From: Eledone cirrhosa
Taxonomy: Eukaryota
Assembly: GCA_964016885.1 (NCBI GenBank)
Contig: OZ024742.1
Span: forward strand, 326,864,001 to 326,928,000
Reading direction: 5' to 3'
Length of the DNA: 64,000 nt
This document shows positions 15,285-37,016 of this stretch, one piece after another. The number at the start of each line of letters is the position of its first letter. Position 1 is the first letter of the stretch. The notes beneath the pieces are model-generated. The model had not been told where the DNA came from and did not search any database. It saw only the letters and a list, made by a program, of their open reading frames with translations. The translations under genes were made by a program, and so were the position numbers.

Positions 15285-16430
15285 GACAGCTTCCTGTCAA
15301 ACAGAACCCAACATGTTGTAGTTGAGGGAGTCAAATGAAGCCCAGCCAAAGTCAGTAGTGGGGTCCCACAAGGCACTGTGTTGGGCCCACTTCTCTTCAT
15401 CATCTATATTAATGACATCACTGACATCATCAAACACAGCAACATTAAAATTTTCGCTGATGATTCCAAGCTCCAAAAGGTCATCAATGGCGTGGATGAC
15501 CGGATAAGCCTTCAGTCAGACCTACTGGCTGTTACCCAATGGGCAGAAAAGAACAACATGTTACTGAACGAAGACAAATTCGAACTGATCCACTTTGGAA
15601 AAGAGGATGCTCTGAAACTCCCTTCCCTCCGGGGAAACTCTCGTGGCATCTAACAACATCAGAGACTTGGGAGTAACCGTGGACAGCAACATAAGCTGGA
15701 CCACGCATATAAGCAGCAAAGTTGACATGGCCCGCAGAATGTGTTCCTGGATCCTCAGAACCTTCCAGTCGAGAGATTCCCGCACCATTATCCTTCTCTT
15801 CTCTACTTTTGCCCGACCACACCTTGAATACTGTTGTCCACTGTGGTCTCCCCACACGAAACAAAGTATCATGAAACTTGAAGCTCCTCAAAGGGCAATC
15901 ACGAAAAAGATAGATGGCATGTCAGACCTTGACTACTGGGGTCGATTAGAAAACCTGAAACTTTACTCACTCCAACGTCGCCGTGAGCGTTATATTATCT
16001 GCATGATGTGGAAAATGTTCTATCATCACTGCCCAAATGATGTTGGCATCGCCTTCAAGATACGCCCAAGGCTTGGGCCCCGTGCTATCCGTCCCATTCA
16101 AAAATCTAAATCGCAACTCATAACAACAATACGGCACAATTATTTCACCTCAATCGGCCCTGCTCTCTTCAACATCACACCAGGACACGTCAAAACAGAA
16201 ACTGACCACACAAAATTCAAGAAGTCTTTGGACAAATTCCTCCAAGTAATCCCGGACAAACCACCCACACCCGGATATGTCTCCGCAAACAGTAATTCTC
16301 TTCTCGAATGGGCCATGGTGCCCAAATCCTGAATTGAAAGACTTCGCCAGGTGGTGCTATTAAGTTAGACATGGCCTGGGCCAATACTGGCCAAAACATT
16401 TCAAAGTTATTCAAAGTTATTCAAAGTTAT
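15285..16430 (+). mobile_element. 5'-truncated CR1-group LINE, RT 3' half with (TTCAAAGTTA)3 tail (copy 1)
   Basis: [63 protein letters not shown] motifs. Premature TGA at 15336-15338 and a frameshift near 15620-15650. 10-bp tandem tail at 16400-16430. Confidence 0.92.
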
Positions 16431-16612
16431 ATACATATACATATATATATATACATATACATATATATATATACATATACATATACATATATATATATAC
16501 ATATACATATATACATATACATATATATATATACATATACATATATATATACATATATATATATATATACATATATATATACATATATATATATATATAC
16601 ATATATATATAC

Positions 16613-16643
<31 letters not shown>

Positions 16644-16686
16644 CATATATATATACATATATATATATATATACATATATATATAC

Positions 16687-16717
<31 letters not shown>

Positions 16718-17148
16718 CATATATACACATATATATATATATACATATATACACATATATATATACATATACATATATACACATATATATATACATATAC
16801 ATATATACACATATATATATACATATATATATATACATATATATATATACATATATATATATACATATATATATATACATATATATATATACATATATAT
16901 ATATACATATATATATATACATATATATATACATATATATATATATATACATATATATACATATATATATATATATACATATATATACATATATACATAT
17001 ATATACATATATACATATATACATATATATACATATATACATATATATACATATATACATATATATACATATATATATATATATACATATATATACATAT
17101 ATATATACATATATATACATATATATATATATATATACATATATATAC

Positions 17149-17187
<39 letters not shown>

Positions 17188-17211
17188 CATATATATATAC
17201 ATATACATATA

Positions 17212-17245
<34 letters not shown>

Positions 17246-17274
17246 CATATACATATATACATATATATATATAC

Positions 17275-17349
<75 letters not shown>

Positions 17350-17413
17350 CATATATATATACATATATACAATATATATATATATACATATATATATACA
17401 TATATATATATAC

Positions 17414-17488
<75 letters not shown>

Positions 17489-17489
17489 C

Positions 17490-17520
<31 letters not shown>

Positions 17521-17563
17521 CATATATATACATATATACATATATATATATATACATATATAC

Positions 17564-17594
<31 letters not shown>

Positions 17595-17728
17595 CATATA
17601 TATACATACATATACATATATATACATATATATACATATACATATATATACATATATACATATATATAATATATACATATATATATATATACATATATAT
17701 ACATATATACATATATATACATATATAC

Positions 17729-17761
<33 letters not shown>

Positions 17762-17786
17762 CATATATATATACATACATATATAT

Positions 17787-17819
<33 letters not shown>

Positions 17820-17835
17820 TATATAATATATATAC

Positions 17836-17888
<53 letters not shown>

Positions 17889-17953
17889 CATATATATATA
17901 CATATACATATCTATATATACATATATATATATATACATATCTATATATATAC

Positions 17954-17984
<31 letters not shown>

Positions 17985-18007
17985 CATATATATACATATA
18001 TATATAC

Positions 18008-18040
<33 letters not shown>

Positions 18041-18101
18041 AATATATATTAATACTATATATATATACATATATATATATATACATATATATAATATATA
18101 C

Positions 18102-18134
<33 letters not shown>

Positions 18135-18186
18135 CATATATATATATTACATATATATATATATATACATATATACATATATATAC

Positions 18187-18245
<59 letters not shown>

Positions 18246-18389
18246 CATATATATACATATATATACATATATACATATATATACATATATATATATACAT
18301 ATATATATACATATATATATATATACATATATATACATATATATATATATACATATATATACATATATATTATATATACATATATATAC

Positions 18390-18420
<31 letters not shown>

Positions 18421-18447
18421 CATATAAATATATACATATATATATAC

Positions 18448-18480
<33 letters not shown>

Positions 18481-18491
18481 CATATATATAC

Positions 18492-18522
<31 letters not shown>

Positions 18523-18618
18523 CATATAAATATATACATATATATACACATATATATACACATATATATACATATATAGATACATATATATACATATATA
18601 TATATACATATATATATA
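16431..18618. repeat. (TA)n/(TACA)n microsatellite
   Basis: Direct reading. Confidence 0.98.
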
Positions 18619-19183
18619 GGCGATGAATTAGTTTTGCGAGGTTTTTTATATGAAATCGTGTGTCGAAACAGATATTGTTATATTTGGGGAGGGTCATATT
18701 TGCGTAATATTGCCAGAATTAATAACAGAACACACTCACTGTTTGGTTGGTTTTCGCTTCTCGCTGTCTTTTATATATATATATCTGCGATCTAACTTAC
18801 TCGGTCCTCAATGTTGCCATTGACTGACCGGCGGTCAAAAATAAAATAATACAGATACAATATAGACAAACACATATATATATAGTTTACATAAATCTTT
18901 CGTTGCACATCTGCAACATCGTCAGTGGTGTTATATTCATTGTTCCTCCTGTTGTGTTGTATGTCTACGCCATTTTTTTTTTGTTCAGTCCGTCTATATA
19001 TTTATTTATTTGTTTGCTTGTTTGTTTATCTTATTTTATTTTGTCTTCTTTGCGCATGCGTTTGCGTGTGTGATGTGTGACTAGTGTGTATAGTGTTGTG
19101 TCTGCTGGGTGACTAGTGTGTGTTTATGTGCTTGTGTATGTATTTATTTATCTTATTTTATTTAATTTAATTTACTTATTTAT

Positions 19184-19768
19184 TTATACTTCTCTTAGGT
19201 CAGTGTTGTTTGTTTGGGTGTTGTTGTTGTTCCACTCATTCTTTCTGTTTAGCTTTGGTCTTCTAATTTCTATTTCACTGGCCTCTCTGATTTGCCTATC
19301 TGCTGGGTCATTCCTATGTTTAGATATTATTCTAATTTCTATGTTGTCTATGTTACCGTCATGATGTTGTCTAGCATGTTCGTATAGTACTGACCCGTTT
19401 TTTCGTCCTTTTAGTTCCCCCCAGTGTTGGTCTATCCTTTCACCTATGCTACGAGCTGTCTCACCTATGTATGTTGTTGTCGTGTTTCTACAAGTACCCT
19501 CTGTACATCTTATGCTATAGACTACGTTTCTAGTTTTACAGTTTATCCGGGGGTTCACCTTACATATGATACATTTCCTATTGGTACAGTGGGTTTTCTT
19601 AAAAGGGTAGGTTTTGCTGATCAGGGATTTTATGGTGGTTCCTGGCTTTTCTACCACCTTTATTTTTAAGTGGGTCTTTCTCAGGGCCTTTCTACACTGG
19701 TTAGCTAATTTCCCTCCAGGGGTGGCGTCCACAAACATGACACTCTGATATCTCTGGTTGTCGTACCA
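19184..19768 (-). CDS. Inverted-arm copy of the PLE C-terminus (linker + GIY-YIG), frame intact
   Basis: ORF 19184..19834 reads uninterrupted from WYDNQRYQSVMFVDATPGG through YIGETAR to the stop. Confidence 0.88.
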   Translation of the reverse strand, partial: WYDNQRYQSVMFVDATPGGKLANQCRKALRKTHLKIKVVEKPGTTIKSLISKTYPFKKTHCTNRKCIICKVNPRINCKTRNVVYSIRCTEGTCRNTTTTYIGETARSIGERIDQHWGELKGRKNGSVLYEHARQHHDGNIDNIEIRIISKHRNDPADRQIREASEIEIRRPKLNRKNEWNNNNTQTNNTDLREV

Positions 19769-21653
19769 GACAGTCGACGACCCGACAACAGGACCACCAA
19801 CAAGACCTGTATGCGGAGCTAATATAGCTAGCAACTACAGGATCTCCTACTTCCTCTCAATGGTTATACGCCCCATAATCAAGATGTCCCCAGATGTATG
19901 TGAAAGTACAGAGGACCTCCTCAGCAGAATCAGTGAGTGCAACAAAAACAGGAGCCTATCCAACTGCATAATAGGCAGCATGGATGTGGTGTCACTGTAC
20001 CCATCCATTAACATTGATTTTGCTGTGAAAAGATGTGTGGAGATGATCATTGAGAGTGAGGTGGAGTTCTGCGACGTCGACACAGACGAACTGGGCCTCC
20101 TACTTAGACTTACCTACGACACTGACTACCTAGACAGCCATGACCTTAGATGTTTCTGCCCTAGTAGACCTATAAGAGGTAGACCCCCCACCATAACCTC
20201 AATGGCTAAAAAGACTCCCATAGGAAGGTGGATTGGGTGGACCAAAGCTATACGGACCCCCCAAAACACTGATCAGGTAAGAAAAATGGTCGCACATGCA
20301 ATAGGGGCTAGTATCAAAACTACCCTAAAGGGCCACATATTTAAGTTCAATGAGAAAATCTACACCCAAAATGAGGGAGCAGCCATCGGCGTCAGCATAG
20401 CTGGCGATGTTGCCAACCTTTTCATGGTATGGTGGGAAAGGAGACTTAAAGATCTCCTTAATGAAAGCTCCATAGACCTCATCATGTACTCTCGTTATGT
20501 AGACGATATCAATATAGTTATAAGAACACCCCCACTAGAGAGCACTAACAAGTTTGATTTAGAACGTAGCACGATGGAAAGCATCCAGCAGATAGCTAAT
20601 TCCATACACCAGAGTATAACTGTAACTATAGACTTCCCTTCCAAACACCCTAACAATAGACTACCTGTATTAGACACAGAACTCTGGATTAACACTATAG
20701 ACGAGAGAGCCCAAATTCTCCACTCACACTATGCTAAACCCATGGCCTCCAAATACCTGATACTCAAAAACTCAGCAATGTCCAGTAGTGCTAAGTTTAA
20801 TATTCTGATCGCAGATTTGGTACGAGTGATGAAGAATGTGTCCAGCATGTGCGACCCAACAGAAATGGAAGGACACATCCAACACTTCATCAACCGCATG
20901 CAGTTCTCTGGCTACAACCAAAGAGACAGAGTCAGAGTATACGAAGGAGCCATGGAAAAGTATAAGACCCTCATAGAACTGGACAGAAAAGGAATTTGCC
21001 CACTATACAGGAGCAAATCATGGAATAGCTTAGATAGGGCTAGACATAAGATAGGGAAGGCCACATCATGGTACGACAACCAGAGATATCAGAGTGTCAT
21101 GTTTGTGGACGCCACCCCTGGAGGGAAATTAGCTAACCAGTGTAGAAAGGCCCTGAGAAGACCCACTTAAAAATAAAGGTGGTAGAAAAGCCAGGAACCA
21201 CCATAAAATCCCTGATCAGCAAAACCTACCCTTTTAAGAAAACCCACTGTACCAATAGGAAATGTATCATATGTAAGGTGAACCCCCGGATAAACTGTAA
21301 AACTAGAAACGTAGTCTATAGCATAAGATGTACAGAGGGTACTTGTAGAAACACGACAACAACATACATAGGTGAGGACAGCTCGTAGCATAGGTGAAAG
21401 GATAGACCAACACTGGGGGGAACTAAAAGGACGAAAAAACGGGTCAGTACTATACGAACATGCTAGACAACATCATGACGGTAACATAGACAACATAGAA
21501 ATTAGAATAATATCTAAACATAGGAATGACCCAGCAGATAGGCAAATCAGAGAGGCCAGTGAAATAGAAATTAGAAGACCAAAGCTAAACAGAAAGAATG
21601 AGTGGAACAACAACAACACCCAAACAAACAACACTGACCTAAGAGAAGTATAA
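19769..21653 (+). CDS. PLE polyprotein, RT + Cys-rich linker + GIY-YIG endonuclease (5'-truncated, two 1-bp frameshifts at ~21159 and ~21376)
   Basis: PPTRPVCGA, IGSMDVVSLYPSI, YTQNEGAAIG, SRYVDD, LPVLD, HYAKPMAS; linker CTNRKCIIC..C; NVVYSIRC...YIGETARSIGERIDQH...HARQHH...RQIREA...LN. Confidence 0.9.
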
Positions 21654-21904
21654 ATAAATAAGTAAATTAAATTAAATAAAATAAGATAAATAAATACATA
21701 CACAAGCACATAAACACACACTAGTCACCCAGCAGACACAACACTATACACACTAGTCACACATCACACACGCAAACGCATGCGCAAAGAAGACAAAATA
21801 AAATAAGATAAACAAACAAGCAAACAAATAAATAAATATATAGACGGACTGAACAAAAAAAAATGGCGCAGACATACAACACAACAGGAGGAACAATGAA
21901 TATA

Positions 21905-21950
21905 ACACCACTGACGATGTTGCAGATGTGCAACGAAAGATTTATGTAAA
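21905..21950 (+). ncRNA. Hammerhead-like motif in the PLE terminal repeat (mirror copy at ~18886-18931, minus strand)
   Basis: CTGACGA T GTTGCA GATG TGCAAC GAAA GATTTA: core and 6-bp stem II are good, but stems I and III are weak. Confidence 0.55.
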
Positions 21951-22161
21951 CTATATATATATGTGTTTGTCTATATTGTATCTGTATTATTTTATTTTTG
22001 ACCGCCGGTCAGTCAATGGCAACATTGAGGACCGAGTAAGTTAGATCGCAGATATATATATATAAAAGACAGCGAGAAGCGAAAACCAACCAAACAGTGA
22101 GTGTGTTCTGTTATTAATTCTGGCAATATTACGCAAATATGACCCTCCCCAAATATAACAA

Positions 22162-26704
<4,543 letters not shown>

Positions 26705-27990
26705 CTAAGGCGGGTAAAATTCCCGAGATCCATGGACGAGTTCTCTCCAGCAGTCTCTGTCCCTCATTATCGCTGCCATATCCTGCATCTCCAACAGACC
26801 AGTGTCTGTCCTTAAGGCATCAACATATGTTAACCTTGGTCTTCCCCTTCTAGTGTGTCCATGTAGGGGCTCCCAAAGGAGCACTGAGTGCAATGTCAAC
26901 TCTGGATTCGGTGAGCATGTCCAGCCAACCTCAGTCTCCTCTGTGTCACTTTTGAGCTGACTTTTGGATGCTCCCATACAGCTCTGAGTTTTTCATCCTC
27001 AGTGTATACTGATTAATGTTCAGAGCCATCCTCAGCATTCTCGTGTAGCACCCATCCACCATCTGAGTGAGTCTCTTGGTCAGTATCCAAGTCTCAGACC
27101 CATACAGCAGCACAGACTCCACTACAGCAATGAAGAGGCGGATTTTCAGGTCTCTACGAAGGTCCGACTTCCACACCGATCTCAAGCTGTGACACGCCGC
27201 CCAGGCCTTGCTCTTCCTCTCAACCACATCATCTTCCGTATTCCCAATCTTTGCTCCCAAATACAGGAAGTCCTCAACCAATTCCAGCGGCTTCCCGCCT
27301 ACATTAGTGATCCCCTCTGGCTTCTCAACATTCTCTACCAGATATTTTGTTTTAGTCTCATTCATTCTCAGCCCCACACTCATCAACACAGTCTCAACCT
27401 CCCACATCAAATCCTCTGCCTCCTTCACTGTATTTGTCACCAAAACTATGTCGTCGGCAAATTCAGCATCCGATACCTTTTTCGCCCCAACTCTCCTGCT
27501 CTGAGCCGGTGCTACAGTAAAGCCAGAGTCCTGGTGTTTCTCCAGTGCAAGGCGCATACAATAGTCCACTACGATGATAAAAAGGTAGGGAGCCAATGTA
27601 TCTCCCTGGAGCACTCCAGCCAGTATCTCAAAGAACTCTGTCATCCCATCAGGTGTAATGACTTGGGCTTTGGTGTTGGTGTAGAGCAGTGATATCAGGT
27701 CCACTATCCTCTTGGGGATTCCATAAGCCTGTAAGATCTTCATCAGGCAGTAACGGTCCACAGAATCAAAGGCCTTCCTAAAGTCAATGAAAACCATGAC
27801 CGCAGGAAGGCACGTTGCTCTAGCTCCCTCTAATATCCTCCTCAGCATCAGGATGTGACTGGTGGTTGATCTACCCTCTCTGAAGCCGTTCTGGTTGTCC
27901 CTGAGCTTCTTCTCCATATCAGGCTGGATCCTGTTAAGAATCATCCTGTTGAGGGTCTTTGCCACAAGTGACGTCAGTGAGATCCCCCGG
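26705..27990 (-). mobile_element. 5'-truncated RTE-clade LINE (copy 2, duplicate of 13632-14918)
   Basis: Same ends and same frameshift as copy 1. Differences seen: one substitution (~26815) and a 1-bp deletion (~26966). Confidence 0.92.
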
Positions 27991-28042
27991 ATATATATAT
28001 ACATATATATATACATATATATATATATACATATATATATAC

Positions 28043-28099
<57 letters not shown>

Positions 28100-28328
28100 C
28101 ATATATACATATATATATATATACATATATACATATATATATATACATATATATATATACATATATATACATATACATATACATATATATACAGATATAT
28201 ATATATACAGATATATATATATATACATATATATATATACATATATATATATACATATATACATATATACATATATATACATATACATATACATATATAT
28301 ACAGATATATATATATACACATATATAT

Positions 28329-29474
28329 GACAGCTTCCTGTCAAACAGAACCCAACATGTTGTAGTTGAGGGAGTCAAATGAAGCCCAGCCAAAGTCAGT
28401 AGTGGGGTCCCACAAGGCACTGTGTTGGGCCCACTTCTCTTCATCATCTATATTAATGACATCACTGACATCATCAAACACAGCAACATTAAAATTTTCG
28501 CTGATGATTCCAAGCTCCAAAAGGTCATCAATGGCGTGGATGACCGGATAAGCCTTCAGTCAGACCTACTGGCTGTTACCCAATGGGCAGAAAAGAACAA
28601 CATGTTACTGAACGAAGACAAATTCGAACTGATCCACTTTGGAAAAGAGGATGCTCTGAAACTCCCTTCCCTCCGGGGAAACTCTCGTGGCATCTAACAA
28701 CATCAGAGACTTGGGAGTAACCGTGGACAGCAACATAAGCTGGACCACGCATATAAGCAGCAAAGTTGACATGGCCCGCAGAATGTGTTCCTGGATCCTC
28801 AGAACCTTCCAGTCGAGAGATTCCCGCACCATTATCCTTCTCTTCTCTACTTTTGCCCGACCACACCTTGAATACTGTTGTCCACTGTGGTCTCCCCACA
28901 CGAAACAAAGTATCATGAAACTTGAAGCTCCTCAAAGGGCAATCACGAAAAAGATAGATGGCATGTCAGACCTTGACTACTGGGGTCGATTAGAAAACCT
29001 GAAACTTTACTCACTCCAACGTCGCCGTGAGCGTTATATTATCTGCATGATGTGGAAAATGTTCTATCATCACTGCCCAAATGATGTTGGCATCGCCTTC
29101 AAGATACGCCCAAGGCTTGGGCCCCGTGCTATCCGTCCCATTCAAAAATCTAAATCGCAACTCATAACAACAATACGGCACAATTATTTCACCTCAATCG
29201 GCCCTGCTCTCTTCAACATCACACCAGGACACGTCAAAACAGAAACTGACCACACAAAATTCAAGAAGTCTTTGGACAAATTCCTCCAAGTAATCCCGGA
29301 CAAACCACCCACACCCGGATATGTCTCCGCAAACAGTAATTCTCTTCTCGAATGGGCCATGGTGCCCAAATCCTGAATTGAAAGACTTCGCCAGGTGGTG
29401 CTATTAAGTTAGACATGGCCTGGGCCAATACTGGCCAAAACATTTCAAAGTTATTCAAAGTTATTCAAAGTTAT
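28329..29474 (+). mobile_element. 5'-truncated CR1-group LINE (copy 2, duplicate of 15285-16430)
   Basis: Identical ORF-track translations; same stop, frameshift and tail. Confidence 0.92.
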
Positions 29475-29747
29475 ATACATATACATATATATATATACAT
29501 ATACATATATATATATACATATACATATACATATATATATATACATATACATATATATATATACATATACATATATACATATACATATATATATATACAT
29601 ATACATATATATATACATATTATATATATATATACATATATATATACATATATATATATATACATATATATATACATATATATATATATACATATATATA
29701 TATACATATATATATACATATATATATATATATACATATATATATAC

Positions 29748-29794
<47 letters not shown>

Positions 29795-29807
29795 CATATA
29801 TATATAC

Positions 29808-29838
<31 letters not shown>

Positions 29839-29973
29839 CATATATACACATATATATATACATATAAATATATACACATATATATATACATATATATATA
29901 TACATATATATATATACATATATATATATACATATATATATATACATATATATATATACATATATATATATAC

Positions 29974-30004
<31 letters not shown>

Positions 30005-30106
30005 CATATATATACATATATATATATATATACATATATATACATATATACATATATATACATATATATATATATACATATATACATATATATACATATA
30101 TACATA

Positions 30107-30306
30107 NNNNNNNNNNNNNNNNNNNNNNNNNNNNNNNNNNNNNNNNNNNNNNNNNNNNNNNNNNNNNNNNNNNNNNNNNNNNNNNNNNNNNNNNNNNNNN
30201 NNNNNNNNNNNNNNNNNNNNNNNNNNNNNNNNNNNNNNNNNNNNNNNNNNNNNNNNNNNNNNNNNNNNNNNNNNNNNNNNNNNNNNNNNNNNNNNNNNNN
30301 NNNNNN
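30107..30306. other. Assembly gap (200 N)
   Basis: Run of N with a round length, inside TA repeat. Confidence 1.
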
Positions 30307-30475
30307 TATACATATATATACATATATACATATATATATATACATATATATACAATATATATATATACATATATATATATACATATATATACTATACATA
30401 TATATACATATATATATATACATATATATACATATATATATATATTATATACATATATATACATAATATATATAC

Positions 30476-30506
<31 letters not shown>

Positions 30507-31070
30507 CATATATATACATATATAATATACATATATATATATCATATATATACAAATATATATATATACATATATATATATACATATATATATATATACA
30601 TATATATAATATATACATATATATATATACATATATATATATACATATATATATATACATATATATATACTATATATACATACATATAATACATATACAT
30701 ATATATATATATACATATACATATATATACATATACATATATATATACATATATATACTTATATATACATATATATATATATATATATACATATAATATA
30801 CATATATATATATATAATATTACATATATATATATACATATACATATACATATATATACATATCATATATATATATATACATATATATATACATATATAT
30901 ATATAATATATATACATATATATATATACATATATATACATATATATACATATACATATATATATATAATATACATATATATATATACATATATATATAT
31001 ACATATATATACATATACATATATATATATACATATATATATATACATATATATACATATATATATATAC

Positions 31071-31118
<48 letters not shown>

Positions 31119-31683
31119 ATATATACTATACATATATATACATATACATATATATATATACATATATATACATATACATATACATATATACATATATATA
31201 CATATACATATATATATATACATATATATATATACATATATATACATATACATATATATATATACATATATATATATACATATATATATATACATATACA
31301 TATATATATATACATATATATATAATACATATACATATATATATATACATATATATATATACATATATATACATATATATATATATACAATATATATACA
31401 TATATATATATACATATATATATACATATATATATATACATATATATAATACATATTACATATACATATATATATATACATATATATATATACATATACA
31501 TATATATATATACATATATACATATATATACATATATATATATATATACATATATATACATATACATATATATATACATATATATACATATATATATCTA
31601 TAATATATATACATATATATACATATATATATATATATACATATATATACATATATATACATATATACAATATATATACATAC

Positions 31684-31749
<66 letters not shown>

Positions 31750-31773
31750 ACATATATATATATACATATATAC

Positions 31774-31824
<51 letters not shown>

Positions 31825-32448
31825 TATATACATATATATACATATATATATACATATATATACATATATATACATATATATATATAATATATATATATAC
31901 ATATACATATATATATATACATATATATATATATACATATATATACATATAATATATACATATATATATATACATATATATATATATACATATATATACA
32001 TATATATATACATATATACATATACATATATATACATATATATACATATATACATATATATATATACATATATATAATATAATATATATACATATATATT
32101 ATAATATTATACATATATATACATATATACATATATATATATACATATATTACATATATATATATACATATACATATATATAATATATATATACATATAC
32201 ATATATATATATACATATATATACATATATATACATATACATATATATATATACATATATATACATATATACATATACATATATATACATATATATACAT
32301 ATATATATATACATATATATACATATATACATATATATATATACATATATATACATATATATATATACATATATATACAATATATACATATATATACATA
32401 TATTACATATATATACATATATACATATATATATATACATATATATAC

Positions 32449-32498
<50 letters not shown>

Positions 32499-33180
32499 AC
32501 ATATATATATATACATATATATACATATATATACATATATATACATATATATACATACATATATATACATATATATACATATATATATATATATACATAT
32601 ATATACATATATATATACATATATATATATACATATATATACATATATATATACATATATATATATACATATATATAATATATACATATATATATATATA
32701 CAATAATATATACATATATATATACATATATATATATACATATATATATATACATATATATATATACATATATATACATACTATATATACATACATATAT
32801 ATACATAATATATATACATATATATATATACATATATATATATACATATATATATATACATATATATATATACATATATATATATACATATATATATACA
32901 TATATATATATACATATATATATATACATATATATACATATATATATACATATATATATATATACCTATATACATACATATATATATACATATACATATA
33001 TATATATACATATATATACATAAATACATATATATATATACATATATATAATATACATATATATATATACATATATATATATATACATATATATACATAT
33101 ATACATATATATACATATATATATATATACATATATATACATATATACATATATACATATATACATATATACATATATAC

Positions 33181-33227
<47 letters not shown>

Positions 33228-33257
33228 CATAATATATATATACATATATATATATAC

Positions 33258-33290
<33 letters not shown>

Positions 33291-33324
33291 CATACATATA
33301 TATATATATATACATACATATATA

Positions 33325-33414
<90 letters not shown>

Positions 33415-33486
33415 CTACATATATATACATACATATATATATATACATATATATATACATATATATATATACATATATATATATAC

Positions 33487-33517
<31 letters not shown>

Positions 33518-33532
33518 CATATATATATATAC

Positions 33533-33563
<31 letters not shown>

Positions 33564-34611
33564 CATATATATACATATATATACATATATATATATATAC
33601 ATATATACATACTATATATATAACATATATATACATACATATATATATACATATATATACATACATATATATATACATATATATACATAATATTATATAT
33701 ATATATATACATAATATATACATATATACATATATATATACATACATATATATACATATATATACATACATATATATAATATATATACATACATATATAC
33801 ATAATATATATACATATATATATATACATATATATATACATATATATATATACATATATATATATACATATATAATATACATATATATATATACATATAT
33901 AATTATACATATATATACATATACATATATATACATAATATACATACTACATATATATACATATATACATATATATATATACATATATATATACATATAT
34001 ATATATACATATATATATATACATATATATATATACATATATATACATACATAATATATACATATAATATAATATACATATATATTACATATACATATAC
34101 AATATAATATATACATATATACATATACATATATATATACATATATATACATATACATATACATATATACATATATATACATATACATATATATATATAC
34201 ATATATATATATACATATATATATATACATATATATACATATATATATATATATACATATATATACATATATATACATATACATATATATATATACATAT
34301 ATATATATACATATATATACATATACATAATATATATACATATATATATATCATATATACATATACATATATATATATACATATATATATACATATATAT
34401 ACATATACATATATATATATACATATATATATATACATATATATATACATATATATATATACATATATATATACATATATATATATACATATATATACAT
34501 ATACATATATATATATATACATATACATATATAACATATACATATACATATATATATATACATATATATACATATACATATATATACATATACATATATA
34601 TATACATATAC

Positions 34612-34663
<52 letters not shown>

Positions 34664-34825
34664 ATATACATATACATATATATATATACATATATATATA
34701 TACATATATATATACATATATATATATACATATATATATATACATATATATATATACATATATATATACATATATATATATACATATATATATATACATA
34801 TATATATATACATATATATATATAC

Positions 34826-34872
<47 letters not shown>

Positions 34873-35049
34873 CATATATATATATACATATACACATATA
34901 TATATATACATATATACATATATATATACATATATATACATATATATATATATACATATATATACATATATATATATATACATATATATATACATATATA
35001 TATATATACATATATATACATATATATATATATACATATATATACATAC

Positions 35050-35084
<35 letters not shown>

Positions 35085-35193
35085 CATATATATATACATA
35101 TATATACATATATATACATATATATACATATATATATACATATATATATATATACATATATATACATATATATACATATATATATATATATAC

Positions 35194-35224
<31 letters not shown>

Positions 35225-35237
35225 CATATATACATAT

Positions 35238-35298
<61 letters not shown>

Positions 35299-36236
35299 AT
35301 ATACATATATACATATATATATATATATACATATATACATATATATATATATTATATATATACATATATATATACATATATATATACATATATATATATA
35401 TACATATATATACATATATATATTACATATACATATATATATATATATACATATATATTTATATACATATATATACATATATATATATACATATATATAC
35501 ATATATACATATATATATATACATATATATACATATATACATATATATATATACATATATATACATATATATATATACATATATATACATATATATACAT
35601 ATATATATATACATATATATACATATATATACATATATACATATATATATATACATATATATACAATATATATATATACATATATACATATATATACATA
35701 TATATATATACATATACATATATATATATACATATATATACATATATATACATATATACATATATATATATACATATATATACATATATATATATACATA
35801 TATATACATATATATATAATACATATATATACATATATATATATACATATATATACATATATATATATACATATATATACATATATATATATACATATAT
35901 ATACATATATATATATACATATATACATATATATATATACAATATATACATATATATATATACATATATATACATATATATATATACTAAATATATATAC
36001 ATATATATATATACATATACATATATATACATATATATACATATATATACATATATATACATATATATACATATATATACATATATATACATACATATAT
36101 ATACATATATATACATATATATATATATATATACATATATATACATATATATATATATATACATATATATACATATATATATATACATATATATATATAC
36201 ATATATATACATATATATATATACATATATATATAC

Positions 36237-36283
<47 letters not shown>

Positions 36284-36354
36284 CATATATATATATACAT
36301 ATATATATATACATATATATATATACATATATATATATACATATATATATATAC

Positions 36355-36433
<79 letters not shown>

Positions 36434-36474
36434 CATATATATATACATATATATATATACATATATATATATAC

Positions 36475-36519
<45 letters not shown>

Positions 36520-36594
36520 CATATATATAAATACATATATATATATACATATATACATATATATATATACATATATATATATACATATATATAC

Positions 36595-36625
<31 letters not shown>

Positions 36626-37016
36626 CATATATATACATATATATATATACATATATATACATATATATATACATATATATATATACATATATATATATAC
36701 ATATATATATATATACATATATATATACATATATATACATATATATATATACATATATATATATACATATATATATATATACATATATATATATACATAT
36801 ATATACATATATATATATACATATATATATATACATATATATACATACATATATACATATATAATATACATATATATACATATATATATACATATATACA
36901 TACATATATATACATATATATACATATATATATATACTATATATACATATATATATATACATATATATACATATATATACATATATATATATACATATAT
37001 ATATATACATATATAT
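30307..37016. repeat. (TA)n/(TACA)n microsatellite, noisier than the other tracts
   Basis: Many phase-breaking single-base indels (TATAAT, TATTAC). Confidence 0.97.

Larger units (their letters stand above)
18619..22161 (+). mobile_element. Penelope-like element with 5' truncation and inverted 5' arm; Naiad- or Neptune-type by linker (tentative)
   Basis: 18675-19768 is the reverse complement of 21069-22161. The + arm encodes a PLE RT and GIY-YIG. Both ends lie in (TA)n. Confidence 0.92.

Noticed and set aside
13823-15403. 526-aa ORF apparently fusing CR1 antisense, TA repeat and RTE RT
   Set aside because: Chance read-through of a stop-free microsatellite into a truncated RT.
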